A stretch of 64,000 nt of DNA from contig OX597814.1 of NCBI GenBank assembly GCA_951406725.2, positions 128,774,001-128,838,000 of the forward strand. The letters are read 5' to 3'. Source of the stretch: Octopus vulgaris (lineage: Eukaryota). Positions within the stretch are counted from its first letter, which is position 1. Each line of letters starts with the position of its first letter. The translations under genes and the position numbers were made by a program. Shown in pieces: positions 1-11,998 of this stretch. The notes beneath the pieces were generated by a model. It did no database searches. It worked only from the letters and a program-made list of their open reading frames with translations, and had not been told where the DNA came from.

Positions 1-299
1 ATTGTTTTGGCCTTACCCACAATCTTTTATACAATATATATATATACACACACATACATTAATGAATAAACCCCTGAAAGATAAACAACAAAACATACAA
101 ATATACAAAGATTGTCCAGAATTGATAAATTAAAAACAATATTTGAAAGACGGGAATATAAACGAGAAATAGGTAAGACATTTTGGAGATTAATAATTTC
201 CAGACGCAGACAGCACATTGCTATAACATATGGGTAACTCCCGACTGAATTTGTCGAGTGAAATTAACTGCAGCAGTAGTAATAATAGTGGTTATATGA

Positions 300-463
300 T
301 CATTGCTGTTTCGCCTCAAGTGAGCTCTGAATAGATCAATAATCAAAGGCATTCCAGCCGTGATTATCCTGCCTTATTGGTAAATATTGGACTACACTGA
401 GCAATGTATCTTTTGTTTAAGACATAGCTTGAAAGAAATTTGGCTGCTATTTCTAATAGGTCA
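300..463 (+). repeat. Old dispersed repeat family (GATCAAAGGCATTCCAGCCGTG ... ATTTGGCTGCTATTTCTA)
   Basis: Related copies near 18230-18650, 47000-47160, 51350-51540, 53335-53400, 58560-58700 and 63570-63720. Confidence 0.6.
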
Positions 464-479
464 AAATACTAAGTACTAA

Positions 480-667
480 TCCTTTCTAATAAAGGGACAA
501 GGCTTGAAATTTTCGGTGAGAAGATTAGTCGATTACATCAACTCTAGTGTTTCACTGGAACTTATTTTATCGATACTGAAAGGATGAAAGGCATAGTCGA
601 GGTTGGCGGACGAAATGCCGCTAAGCATTTTGTCCAGTGTGCTAACAATTCTGTCAGCTCGCCGCCT
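480..667 (-). mobile_element. SINE family B (Meta/MESC-like domain), internally deleted
   Basis: Head GGCGGCGAGCTG..; core GCCTTTCATCCTTTC..TCGATAAAATAAG resembles the Meta domain of MetaSINEs. Confidence 0.8.
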
Positions 668-686
668 AAAAAAAATTTACTAAGCA

Positions 687-854
687 GGTGCAGGAGTGGC
701 TGTGTGGTAAGTAGCTTGCTTACCAACCACATGGTTCCTGGTTCAGTCCCACTGTGTGGCATCTTGGGAAAGTGTCTTCAACTGTAGCCTCGGGCCGACC
801 CAAAGCCTTATGAGTGGATTTGGTAGACGGAAACTCGAAGAAGCCCGTCGTATA

Positions 855-898
<44 letters not shown>

Positions 899-1122
899 TG
901 TGTGTGTATTTGTATGTCTGTGTTTGTCCCCCTAGCATTGCTTGACAACCGATGCTAGTGTGTTTATGTCCCCGTCACTTAGCGGTTCGGCAAAAGAGAC
1001 CTATAGAATAAGTACTGGGCTAACAGAGAATAAGCCCCGGGGTCGATTTGCTCGACTAAAGGCGGTGCTCCAACATGGCCGCAGTTAAATGACTGAAACA
1101 AGTAAAAGAGTAAAGAGAGAGT
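687..1122 (+). mobile_element. SINE family A (tRNA-like head, internal (TG)n, CR1-type 3' tail)
   Basis: A-box-like TGGCTGTGTGG and B-box-like GGTTCAGTCCC, conserved body, tail GGCGGTGCTCCA(G/A)CATGGCCGCAG..CTGAAACAAGTAAAAGAG; more than 12 similar copies in the window. Confidence 0.9.
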
Positions 1123-1134
1123 AAGTAATAATGG

Positions 1135-1348
1135 TCTAAAATTTTGCTACAAGGGCAACCATTTTAGGATAGGATATGAGTCGATTACATCGATCCCAAT
1201 GTTCAGCTGGTACTTATTTTATTGATCCCGATAGGATGAAAGGTAAAGTCGACCTCGGCGAAATTTGAACTCAGAACGTAGCGGCAGACGAAATACAGCT
1301 AAGCATTTCGCCCGGCATATTAACGGTTTTGCCAGCTCGCTGCCTTAG
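1135..1348 (-). mobile_element. SINE family B
   Basis: tRNA-like head with B box GAGTTCAAATT, Meta-like core. Confidence 0.85.
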
Positions 1349-2799
1349 GAAAAGAAAAAAAAAGTAAAGAAAAGAAAAGAAAAAACAACATAGTAAGTAA
1401 TAATAGGTGTGATTTCTCTGTACTAGACATGAAACCAGTTTTGGATCGGCACCATTATATTTTTGATAACTTGTTTTATTTTGTTTGATTTTTTTTTTAT
1501 AATGGCTTTCTTAGAATGAGAAGGGCGACGTCTGTGACCCTTATAAAAGTCAACGGTTCTTAAGAGTGAAAGTAAAAAAAAAATACTTAGCTAAAATATG
1601 GACACAGGCATGGCTGTGAATATAGTAAATTTGCTTTGGAGCCATGTGATCCCGGGTTCGATTTCATTGCACCCTACTTTAGACATGTGTATTTTACTGC
1701 TGCTGTGAGTTGTTCAAAGTCTTATCAATAAAATTTGACAGATGATAACTATTGTGTGGATGCCGGTTGGATGGCTCCCCTCTTGTTCTTGACTGGGCTA
1801 TAAAATTAATTTGTCACTCGGCTTAACATAATCACATGAGTTAGTTGCCTTTAGCAGCCTCCACTCTTTTGCGAGCGCTTTGGACTAGATGACCCATTTG
1901 AGAAAAAACTTCATGCTTTTCTCCCATCAGTGTCGGAGGACTAGAAGACTGTCAAGGTACTGTTCTGCCTCCTTTGATAAAGCTATTAAAAAATGTAAAA
2001 AGGTAGTTTGTGCTAGTTCTGGCCTTGGGGAGGTTTGGCTATTATTATTCAGGTGCAGGGTTTGTTAGGGTATATATCATCTCACGGAATGGCGGAGGCT
2101 TATAGTGTTTAGTCTCACCTTCCCAACTTCAGGTTCTAGGACCTTAAGTGACCCTTAGTTTCTAATATCCTTATTTGCGTCACCTAGTACTAAGTCAAGA
2201 ACGTTGAGTCTAATGTAGCATAGGGGGGCATGTAGCAAAATGAAAGAGAAGGGTGCAAGCATTCCCTGCGATAACACAGGAAGTGTTTCGCTTATAAAAA
2301 TCTAGCAGTGACATGGTATTTCGAAACACGAAACCTACTTTACCACTGATTTCCGTGTTACATAAAGATCATTTCACTTCGTGTTATGGAACTCCAGTTA
2401 ACTCAAGGATTTTATTACCGCATCTCCTTTGTAACGCAAGAGATTTCTGGCTCATTAGAAACCTATAAACTGTATCAGCCCTTTCCCTCTCTTTCTCCCG
2501 CTCTACTAATGATTTCTTACATTGGTACATTATCACAAATTGCAGAGAAAAGGTAGCATCGATTGCTTCAACCGCGTATATGACTGGCAATTACGTGTAT
2601 CAATTCATGAGACTGGAAAAGAGGAGTTGGCCAAACTGGGTTTGAACTCAGAACTTAAAACAACACTACTGTATACTGGGGGATAATTTTAATTGGCACT
2701 CTATTGTTTTTGTTACTCCTTTGTTCTTTACTTTGTTGATATTTTTATGGATTTATAAGAGAGGAAAGGCAGCGTCCATGGCAGATACATGGCCACTGA

Positions 2800-3320
2800 G
2801 ACTGGTGGAAAAAGGTTAGAAGAAGCCATCATTCGTGGGTTATTGTTAATAAATAAGCGAATGGCCGATGTGGTGAGTGACATCCGCAATAACATCTCAA
2901 CTTAAATGTAATAGAAATTTTGCTTCTCAGTTGAAGAAAGACAATAAAACTAGTAATATTTGTTATCGACGTACAAAGAATAAGGGAGAAAAATTCAACA
3001 AAATTAAGCGTGCTTTCATTTGTTTGAAACATTGCAACGTGTCTAAACGTTTGGAAAAAAAAAACATTGAGCTGTCAGGTGAAAAGTTATGCTAGATGTG
3101 TAGTATAATGTCAATACATAAAATCAATGAACAAAATCATTGCATTGCCTTACATAAGTTATTGAACGAGCTTCTAATATTTCGGGAAAGATTCACTTTT
3201 TCAAATAGATGAAAGATTATTCAAAGTGTTCGGAGAAATTTGTTGCTCTCTGCAGGCCATTCTAGTGTGCTACATAGAGGGAAATCTGTAAAGTACTGTA
3301 TCGGGCTCACTGGTTCTCGT
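2800..3320 (+). pseudogene. Possible degraded DNA transposase fragment (MULE-like N-terminus)
   Basis: YRRTKNKGEKF..KRAFICLKH and later EKF..GHS motifs; weak pattern recall only. Confidence 0.3.
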
Positions 3321-4015
3321 CAGTGAAATATAGGCAAACGGAAAACCAGTTTAAATTAGTTGGAAAAATTTTATACGTGTGTAAAAATAATTACGAAGAT
3401 ATTTTTGACCAGTAGTAGTTTACATGATTAAAATTTTGAAAAAAATGATAAAGAAATGAGTTTTTGTTTAAAATGGTAAAAATTTTCACATACCATAATG
3501 ACTTTTAAAAAATGGTAAGCTTCTGAAGTGAGTAACACATGAACTATATAGTATCTTATAATTGCTTAATCATTCGCTTAACTGAAATTTATTAGATTGT
3601 GAAACGTTGCAAAAAAATTACATCCTGAAAGAGCCGCGTTAGCAATTTAAAAACAAACGAAAATTGTTACATTGATTTAAATAACTCTTTAGTATTATAT
3701 ACTATAAAATATCAAAGTTTCGTCGCACGTCTATAACCAAGAAATATATAACATTTTACTGGGTCTCAAAATTGTGTGAATGAGGAAACTTTGTGACATT
3801 TGCCAGTAGTTGATATTATGAAGGAATAAACGAAATTGAATATAACTGTTTTATATGTTTTATTGTTTTTAAATGTTTACTGTGATTCTTTCGCAGCGTA
3901 ATATTTCAGTCTCAACTCAATCTCAGATCAAGTCACTGGACAAGCAAGTTCAACACCGAAATAGTAATTTGTTTAAACTGCATACCCATGTCTATCTTTC
4001 TTGTGTCCAAAATAT

Positions 4016-4597
4016 TTCTTTCTACCATAGGTACAAGGCCTGAAAATTTGAGGGAGAGGGCTAGGCGATAAAACTGATCCCAGTGCTCAACTGGTAGTTA
4101 TTCTATTGAGCCCGAAAGGATGAAAGGAAAAGTCAACCTCGAGGGATCTTAAACTCAGAACGTAAAGAACTGGAAGAAATACCTATTTCTTTATTACCCA
4201 CAAGGGGCTAAACACAGAAGGGACAAACAAGGACGGACAAACGGATTAAGTCGATTACATCGACCCCAGTGCGTAACTGGTACTTTTTTAATCAACCCCA
4301 AAAAGATGAAAGGCAAAGTCGACCTCGGCGGAATTTGAACTCAGAACGTAGCGGCAGACGAAAAACCGATTTCTTTACTACCCACAAGGGACTAAACACA
4401 GAGGGGACAAACAAGGACAGACAAACGGATTAAGTCGATTACATCGACCCCAGTGCGTAACTGGTACTTATTTGATCGACCCTGAAAGGATGAAAGGCAA
4501 AGTCGACCTCGGCGGAATTTGAACTCAGAACGTAGAGGCAGACGAAATACTGCTAAGCATTTCGCCCGGCGTGCTAACGTTTCTGCCAGCGATCACC
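4016..4597 (-). mobile_element. SINE family B trimer (two Tx1-tailed units plus one older-tailed unit)
   Basis: Units 4369-4597, 4185-4368 and 4016-4184; only the first carries the full head; the first two end in TAAAGAAAT. Confidence 0.9.
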
Positions 4598-4611
4598 TTG
4601 TTTCCCAATAT

Positions 4612-4791
4612 CGGTTTCAAGTTTTGGCTCAAGGCAAGAAGTTCGGGTGAGGGATTAAGTCGATTTCGTCAACCCTAGTTCTCATTCAACTGGTACTTAT
4701 TTTATGGACCCCGAAAGGACAAAAGGTAAAGTCGGCCTCGGCGGAATTTGAACTCATAACATAAAGACGGACGATTCTGCCAGGTCGCTGC
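4612..4791 (-). mobile_element. SINE family B
   Basis: Meta-like core; flanked by CTTGT(T/G)TCCCAATAT duplication. Confidence 0.85.
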
Positions 4792-5179
4792 CTTGTGTCC
4801 CAATATTGTTATCATTAATAACTTGTCATTCACAGACAAACTAACAACATTTCGCACGGCATAAGCTTCACTGTTCGCTCTTCATCATTCAGCCACCAAC
4901 GAATTAGATACTGCAGGTTTTATCTCGTTTGTTTTCACGGTTGATTACTTGGTTCAATGTCTGCTCTAATGCGATCAGTAATCTCCAAACCCCACAAAAT
5001 CTATTTTTTAGCTTTTATTTTTATGAAATTTTGCTTTGCTTTGTTAGCAAATTATTTGAATATTAATTCTTCAGCTTAGCTCTAAGCAGCATATCATATG
5101 TTTACTGGGCGAGCTATAAATGCTATTAAAACCGCAATCTGTTGAACGTAAAGCAAAATACGATAGAAATATATGAGTT

Positions 5180-5390
5180 TCAATTGTTGGTACAAGGCCA
5201 GCAATATCGGGGGAAAGGGTAAGTCAATTACATCGATTCCAGTGCTTAACTGGTACTTATTTCATCGACCCCGAAAGGATGAATGGCAAAGTAGATCTTA
5301 GTGGAATTTGAACCCAGAAAGCAAAGACAGTCGAAATGCCGCTAAACATTTTGCCAGGGGTGTTAATGATTCTGCCAGCTCCGCTATCTT
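5180..5390 (-). mobile_element. SINE family B
   Basis: Head plus Meta-like core. Confidence 0.8.
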
Positions 5391-7180
5391 ACAGCAGAAA
5401 TACATTCACACATGAAAAGGAACAGAATTTTTCTTTCTGATATTTGTGACTGTAAAAGTTATTATCGTTAAATATATCTATTCTTTAATTCTTTCAATGG
5501 TTCAGTCGTAGGACTACGGACATACTGGAATACCACCTTAATTTTCTTTCAATTTTGTTGCTGCTTTATGGCTGGAATTTGGTTTATAACTAAGTTTGTA
5601 GCAACTGATTTTCCCTGAGTGTATCTTTTAATAGTTGGCTGGTCCGAGATCATTGTTAGGAGCTTATTCAATATTTCATCAGAGGCCCCTTTCATATTTC
5701 TGATGCCAAGAATTTTGGAGAAATATACTTGATCGTATCGACCTAAGAACTTGACTAGTATTCTATGGTCATGGCTAGAACGTCTTTGATAGTAAGCCTG
5801 TTTTATTGTTTGATGATAGTTGACTTCAGTGTCGTAACTGGACTACTCTAAACACATCCCTGCTACGCTATGAGTTGACTTGGAGTTAAACAACAACAGC
5901 ATTTCAGACTTCCAGTCTATGCACTACAAGACACTATCTGTTCTGTCTTCTTGTACTGTCTTAGCTATGCACTTAATATTACACCATCTGTGTTTACTTT
6001 TCAAGAGAATAACAGACCCGAGTCAAGGAAAATTGACATCAATAGACTAAACCAATGTTTCTCATAGAATGGGCAAAATCCGATGCATGAAAGGGGCCGT
6101 GAGGATTGAAAATGGAGTAGACAAATTGTCATTCTTTTATTTTTTAAATTCTTTTACTCGTTGCAGTCACTGGACTGTGGCCATGCTGGGGCAACACATT
6201 GAAATGATTTAATTGGACAAATCGACTCAAGTAATTATTTTTTTGAAAAGTTTATTCTATTGGTCTCTTTTGCCGAATTGCTAGTTGCATGAACGTAAAC
6301 AAACCAATACCAGTTATCAAGTAGTGTGAGGACCAGCACACACACGCACACACACACACTCTCTCTCTCTCTCTCACACACGCCCACACACACACACACA
6401 CATTATCTTCGCAATTATAGTACATGCATTGCAATGTGATTTGATAGGGGTTATAGTTAGGCGCAGTACGTCTGAAATAGTAAAAAAGGGGTAACATAAA
6501 ACTGAATTCTGGATTTCAGCAGCCCGTTTTAGAGGGCATACAGTTTCGATCAACTATGTCATCTCTGTACACAATCATTATCATCATCACCATCATAATC
6601 ATCACCGTCGACATCAGCATCATCGTCATCATTATCGTTATCCTTCCTCTTCTCTTCACCATAGTCACATCAACATCGCCACCACTTCCGTCGCCACCAT
6701 CCTCGCCGAATTTAGAACATAAAAACGGACGAAATGCCGCTAAGCATATTGTGAGGCGTGCTAACAATTCTGCCAGATCCGCCGCCTTAATAATAACGAC
6801 AATAATTTCGGGTCTTACTCCGCAGTTATTTAACAATTTTGACAGAATCAACTGAACATCATGCTCACAAGGGATAATGTTGCTTAAGAGGTCAACCATA
6901 TCAGATAATGAATTTTCCCTTCAGTATTCAGTAACATCACGGGTTTTCCTAATCTCACTTTATCTGACTTAAAAAGAAAAGAGAAACGAAAGACAAGCGC
7001 AAAACAAATCGAAAGAAGATTTTTTCTTCAGTTGGAAACTACTTTTTTTTAAATTCGGAATGAAGAAGCAATTACTTGACATATTTTGATCTACTAAAAT
7101 GCTTTTTGTATTAAAAGTTTCGGTCCATTCTTTAAGAATTTCTGTAAAAAAATAATTACGTCTGTCACACTACAATTCTT

Positions 7181-7464
7181 ATTTCTTTATTGCCCACAAG
7201 AGGGGACAAACAAGGACAGACAAACGGATTAAGTCAATTACATCGACCCCAGTGTGTAACTGCTACTTAATTTATCGACCCCGAAAGGATGAAAGGTAAA
7301 GTCGACCTCGGCGGAATTTGAACTCAGAACATAACGGCAGACGAAATACCGATAAGCATTTAAAATATCTTACTCAAGAACACAATACAGCCTGGTCCAA
7401 GAATCGAACTCATTGCCTCATGATTGTATGCCCGACGCTCTAGCCACTGAGCAATGCGCTTTAC
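7181..7464 (-). mobile_element. Chimeric SINE: family C-type tRNA head fused to family B body with Tx1-type tail
   Basis: 16-bp perfect TSD GTCACACTACAATTCT at 7164-7179 and 7465-7480; head with A/B boxes at ~7362-7464; body and tail 7181-7361. Confidence 0.75.
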
Positions 7465-7732
7465 GTCACACTACAATTCTACTTTTAAAGATGATTTTAT
7501 TTATTTTAGTGTTTTCTACTTTACACAATGGCGGTGGATTGGCAGAATTGTAGAACGTCGGAGATCTTTTTTTTTCTGCTTCAATATGTCCTCAGCTCAA
7601 ATCCCACTGAAATCATCTTTGATCTTCATCCCTCCGAGATCGATTAAATGAACTACCAGTCAAGCACTGCGGTTAATTTCTTTGAGACCTTTTGCCGATT
7701 CAAAAAAAAAATCAATATTTTATACGACCTTT

Positions 7733-8146
7733 GGTGGCGAGCTGGCAGAAACGTTAGTACTCCGGGCGAAATGCGTAGCCGTATTTCGTCTGCCGTTACG
7801 TTCTGAGTTCAAATTCCGCCGAGGTCGACTTTGCCTTTCATCCTTTCGGAGTCGATTAAATAAGTACCAGTTACGCACTGGGGTCGATGTAATCGACTTA
7901 AACCGTTTGTCTGCCCTTGTTTGTCCACTCTATGTTTAGCCTCTTGTGGGTAGTAAAGAAACAAGCATTTCGTCTGCCGCTACGTTCTGAGTTCAAATTC
8001 CGCCGAGGTCGACTTTGCCTTTCATCTTTTTGGGGTTGATTAAATAAGTACCAGTTACGCACTGGGGTCGATGTAATCGACTTAATCCATTTGTCTGTCC
8101 TTGTTTCTCCCCTCTGTGTTTAGCCCCTTGTGGGTAGTAAAGAAAT
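7733..8146 (+). mobile_element. SINE family B dimer with Tx1-type tails
   Basis: Units 7733-7962 and 7963-8146, each ending TTTAGCC(C/T)CTTGTGGGTAGTAAAGAAA(C/T). Confidence 0.9.
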
Positions 8147-8179
8147 AGGTGGCGAGCTGGCAAAATCGTCAGCACGCCG

Positions 8180-9822
8180 TGTTTGATGCTTCGTGTTTTT
8201 TTCCGTCTGTATAAGTTGAATGGTTAAAGGCTATATTTGTTTTTGTTTAATTGTTTTGGATTTTTGCTGTTCGCAGCGGTGGTGTTTTTGAAAAATGGCA
8301 AGGAGGAACAGGTATTCTGACCTCAGTGAGTCGGACCTGTCGACTTCGGAGGATGACTGGCGAGAGCGGTCAACAGGCTAGATATGGCGTTAGAAGGAAA
8401 AATGAATTACGCAGGAGTAATGAAGGCAACAAGCAAAAAGGTTGACCGGCAAAAGGTTACCAGACGGCCAAAAATGGGTGAAGAAGGTAGGCGATGACGT
8501 GGAGTTGTCTCCGCCAAGGAAAACAATAAAAAATTTTGAAAGGAATACCATAACGTACAAGGTGTTTGCAACAGATAAAAGAAAAATGGAAACAGTTGGA
8601 ATAGAAACCGTGGAGGAGGCATTACGAACAACAGCAGAAAAAATAATATTCCTGACAAGAGGGAATAAGTTCGGTACTGTCGTTGTACAGTTCGAATCAG
8701 AGGCAGTCGCTAGGAGGATGGCAGCAAGGACTATCAAGACAGAAAAAGTAGACCTTCTGCCCTCGTATCCGGGAAGGAAGACGTCCAGAATCAGGGTGGA
8801 AGGAATCCCACCCGACATAGAAGCTGAATGCGTAGTGGCAGCCATCGTCATTGATAATGAGGATAAGGTGAACATACTAAAGGCCACAATTACGGATGAA
8901 GGCAACTGGAAAGGAGGATATTAGAGATGAGCGTCCAAGTGGAAACTGAAGTTCTGGAACGCTTAACAGAAGTAATCACGATGGGAGACATAAGTCTACG
9001 AGTATGGGTGGAGGGCAGAGCTCCTCGATGTTTTAAATGTGCCCTGAAAGGCCACATAAGAGCTAACTGCCCTCCACCAGCGAAGGAACCAAAGAAGGAG
9101 CCCGTGGAAGATATAGAAGGTACCCGGGATCCGCAAGAGGAACAGAGGGAGGCAGAGGAGGAAAAGAGGGAAGATCAAGCAGAATGGAAAACCAATGGTA
9201 AAAGGAAGAAGAGAAAAAGAAAGAAGGCAAGTTATAATGAACCTCAATCCACCCCAGCACCACCCACGCCCCTCTTCGTCCCACCCTTCCCCTGCAGACA
9301 CAAAACCTACCCACTCCCCACCAACAAGAAAAAAAAAAGCAGGCACACAGAACAACTTACAAAATTCCCCTCCCGTAATGCCCGTTATAGGTTTATTGGA
9401 CAAGGAAGACGAGGACCTGCTGGAAATATTGAGGGACTCGGGTGAAGTTGAATTGCTGGATAGTTGGGATGAGGAGGGTTGTATGGAGGTGTTTTTAACG
9501 GGGAAACAAGTGCAAGAACTTGAAAATGAACTGAACAATGTTTTTGCGTTAATAAGAAAGGATATAGCCCCGGACTGGAAAAAAACTAGAAAAACGGTAC
9601 GGGGTGAAAATATGGGATTATGTATTGTTCGGAAGACTTTAAGAAGAGGACATAGGAAAAGAGGACAGGTAAGCGATGTTATCTGATGGGGCAGGTAACA
9701 TCACTTTCATCTTTCATTTTCACCCTCTCATTTTTATCATACGTTTGTTTTTGTATTTTTATTGTCCCCAATGTGTTTTTTGTTTCTTATCTTCGTCAGC
9801 CCGTCCTGGGTAATAAAGAAAT
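8180..9822 (+). mobile_element. ORF1-only non-LTR retroelement (HAL1-like, L1/Tx1 group)
   Basis: ~1.65 kb; one frameshifted gag-like ORF, short T-rich 3' UTR ending GGGTAATAAAGAAAT, 18-bp TSD (8162-8179 and 9824-9841, 2 mismatches); no endonuclease or RT coding sequence. Confidence 0.8.
8295..9686 (+). pseudogene. L1/Tx1-type ORF1 (gag-like; putative RRM region plus CCHC zinc knuckle), frameshifted
   Basis: Pieces 8442-8924, 8927-9445 and 9195-9686 join by frameshifts; knuckle CFKCALKGHIRANC at 9029-9070; MNYAGV motif; ..RIRVEGIPPDI.. and ..LRVWVEGRAPRC.. resemble L1/Tx1 ORF1p. Confidence 0.75.
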
Positions 9823-11119
9823 TAGAATCGTTAGCACGCCGGGCAAAATGCCTAACGCTATTTCGTCCGTCTTTCTGCTACGAGTTCAAACTCTGTCGAG
9901 GTCGACTTAGCTTTTCATCCTTTTCGCGTTGCTAAAATAAGTACCAGTTGAATACAGGGATCGATATAATCGACTTACCTCTTCCCCTAGTACAAAAAAA
10001 TTCAAACCAATATTTTATACGGTCTTTTACCTAAGCGGGCCGTGTTCGATTCTCGGAATGGAAACGCTACAATTTTAGGCGCAGGAATGGCATGACATGG
10101 CTGTGATTAATCACTTGATTTCTGGTTTAGTTCCACTACACTGCACTTTGAGCGCGTACATTTTGCTCTAGCCCCGGGCTGATTAAGGCCTTGCCAGTGA
10201 ATTTCATTGACAGGAACTTTGGAAGCTCGTCGTGTGTGTGTGTGTGTGTGTTACGCGTGTGTGTCCCCGTTTCACCGCTTGACATCCTCCGTTGGGTTGT
10301 TTGCATCCCCGTAATCCAGCGGTTTAGCAAAAGTCATTGATAAAATAAGCACAAGATTTTTTTTTAAAATAAGCACTAGGGTTGATATATTATACATTAT
10401 TCTTTTATTCGTTTATACGTTCCAGCCCTAAAGCTGTGCCCATGCTGGAGCACCAAAATTTGAAAAAAAAAATGTTTTGTTTTTAGGCGGTAAGTTACGA
10501 TTTGATGGCAATTTAGTTGCTATTTCTAATGTGTAGGGCGTCTCTGAAGTGGCTCGATAATTGGCTCAAGTCTTTATTTCCACAACTGTGTCATAAAGAC
10601 GATGTTAACCTTGTTAGCTCACTCTTCTATGATTATTTAACCATCAACGTTTGGTTCTCTTTTATTATCCAGTTCATTTTAATAGACATTTCGTCGTCTG
10701 CGTGTTTGTCTGTCTGTCTATCTCACTGTCTCTACCCCTCTCTCCCTTTTCTCTCTCAAATTTCCCTCTCTCCAACACATTCTCACCGCCTTTTATTATT
10801 ATTATTATTATTATTTTGCTTTGTTCTTCGTCGGTAATAAAATCCGGTGTTTGTATGCTTATGTCAGTGTGAACATAAAATGGAAAGCCAAAAAAAAAAA
10901 AAAATCCGTTATTTTCAATCAAACGCAAAAGCGTGTTTGCGAATGCCGGGAGAAACGAGACTTCGGAAACTGAAGATAACTTTGAAAATTACCAGGCCGA
11001 TTCCACCACCACCACCACCATCACTATCACCATCAGCTAACACGAACTTTCACCCCTCCCCTACTATGTACAACTTGGGGGAGTTTGCAGTGCTCTAATT
11101 ATTCCGACGTTTACCACCA

Positions 11120-11895
11120 GTCTCTCTTTCTCTCTGTCTTTCTGTCGCCCCTCTCTCCCCTTCTCTCTCACACACATACTCACATGCACAAACACACACA
11201 CACACACACATATATATATACATACATATATATACACACACACACACGTATACACACACACACACATATATATATATATGTATACATATACACACACCTC
11301 TGTTTTGTAGTGTTATGTTAGCTTACTCGGCATGTTAAACTGCTGAAGAAGGAAAAAAAAAAAAAAGAAAACTAGAAAAGCAGCACGTACCCCACCTATC
11401 ACACCCCCAACACATATAACTCTAATAAAGTAAAAACAAAACAACAAACCAAACAAACAAACCAACAACAAGAAAACACATCAGTTAACAGTCGTCCTCT
11501 CTGCTTCAGGCTCCTAATTCTAAAAGGGAGATACCCTGACACCCTTATTTCGCTCATATATACATATACCATGACTTCTGTTCAGGTGCTGCACGTTAGC
11601 AACGACTTGCTAGGCCAAAACTGAGTTACACTGGGGATATTTAATTACAAAAACAAAAGGATAAAAAAAAAAAGAGACTGTGTGTGACGCCTGGATTTGA
11701 TCTTACAATCCTCTTATATATTGTTTACGTTTGTAAAAAATTAAATTTTCGTTTATATTGCCTTCGATAATTATGCCGGGTTGGAAACCAAACTGTTTCC
11801 GGACTTCTATAAACGAAGGTAAGTCAATTAACATTTTCTAAACGCAGAATATTAAATAATGTATACGTACATACATACGTACACACACATCTGTT

Positions 11896-11962
<67 letters not shown>

Positions 11963-11967
11963 ATCTA

Positions 11968-11998
<31 letters not shown>

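Larger units (their letters stand above)
8148..10007 (+). mobile_element. Older host SINE-B split by the HAL1-like insertion (head 8148-8179, remainder 9824-10007)
   Basis: The two pieces rejoin into a family B element; outer TSD CAATATTTTATACG(AC/GT)CTTT at 7713-7732 and 10008-10027. Confidence 0.8.

Noticed and set aside
720-938. Recurrent short ORFs such as ..LWSARGYSRRHLPKVPRSGTEPGTMWLVSKLLTTQPLL
   Set aside because: Antisense translation of SINE family A, repeated at many copies
8390-9538. Minus-strand ORFs of 171 and 180 aa
   Set aside because: Antisense shadows of the purine-rich ORF1 on the plus strand
11750-11824. Possible exon ending at the strong donor AAG|GTAAGT (11818/11819)
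   Set aside because: No recognisable protein and no supported partner exon; could be a 5' UTR exon but cannot be shown from sequence
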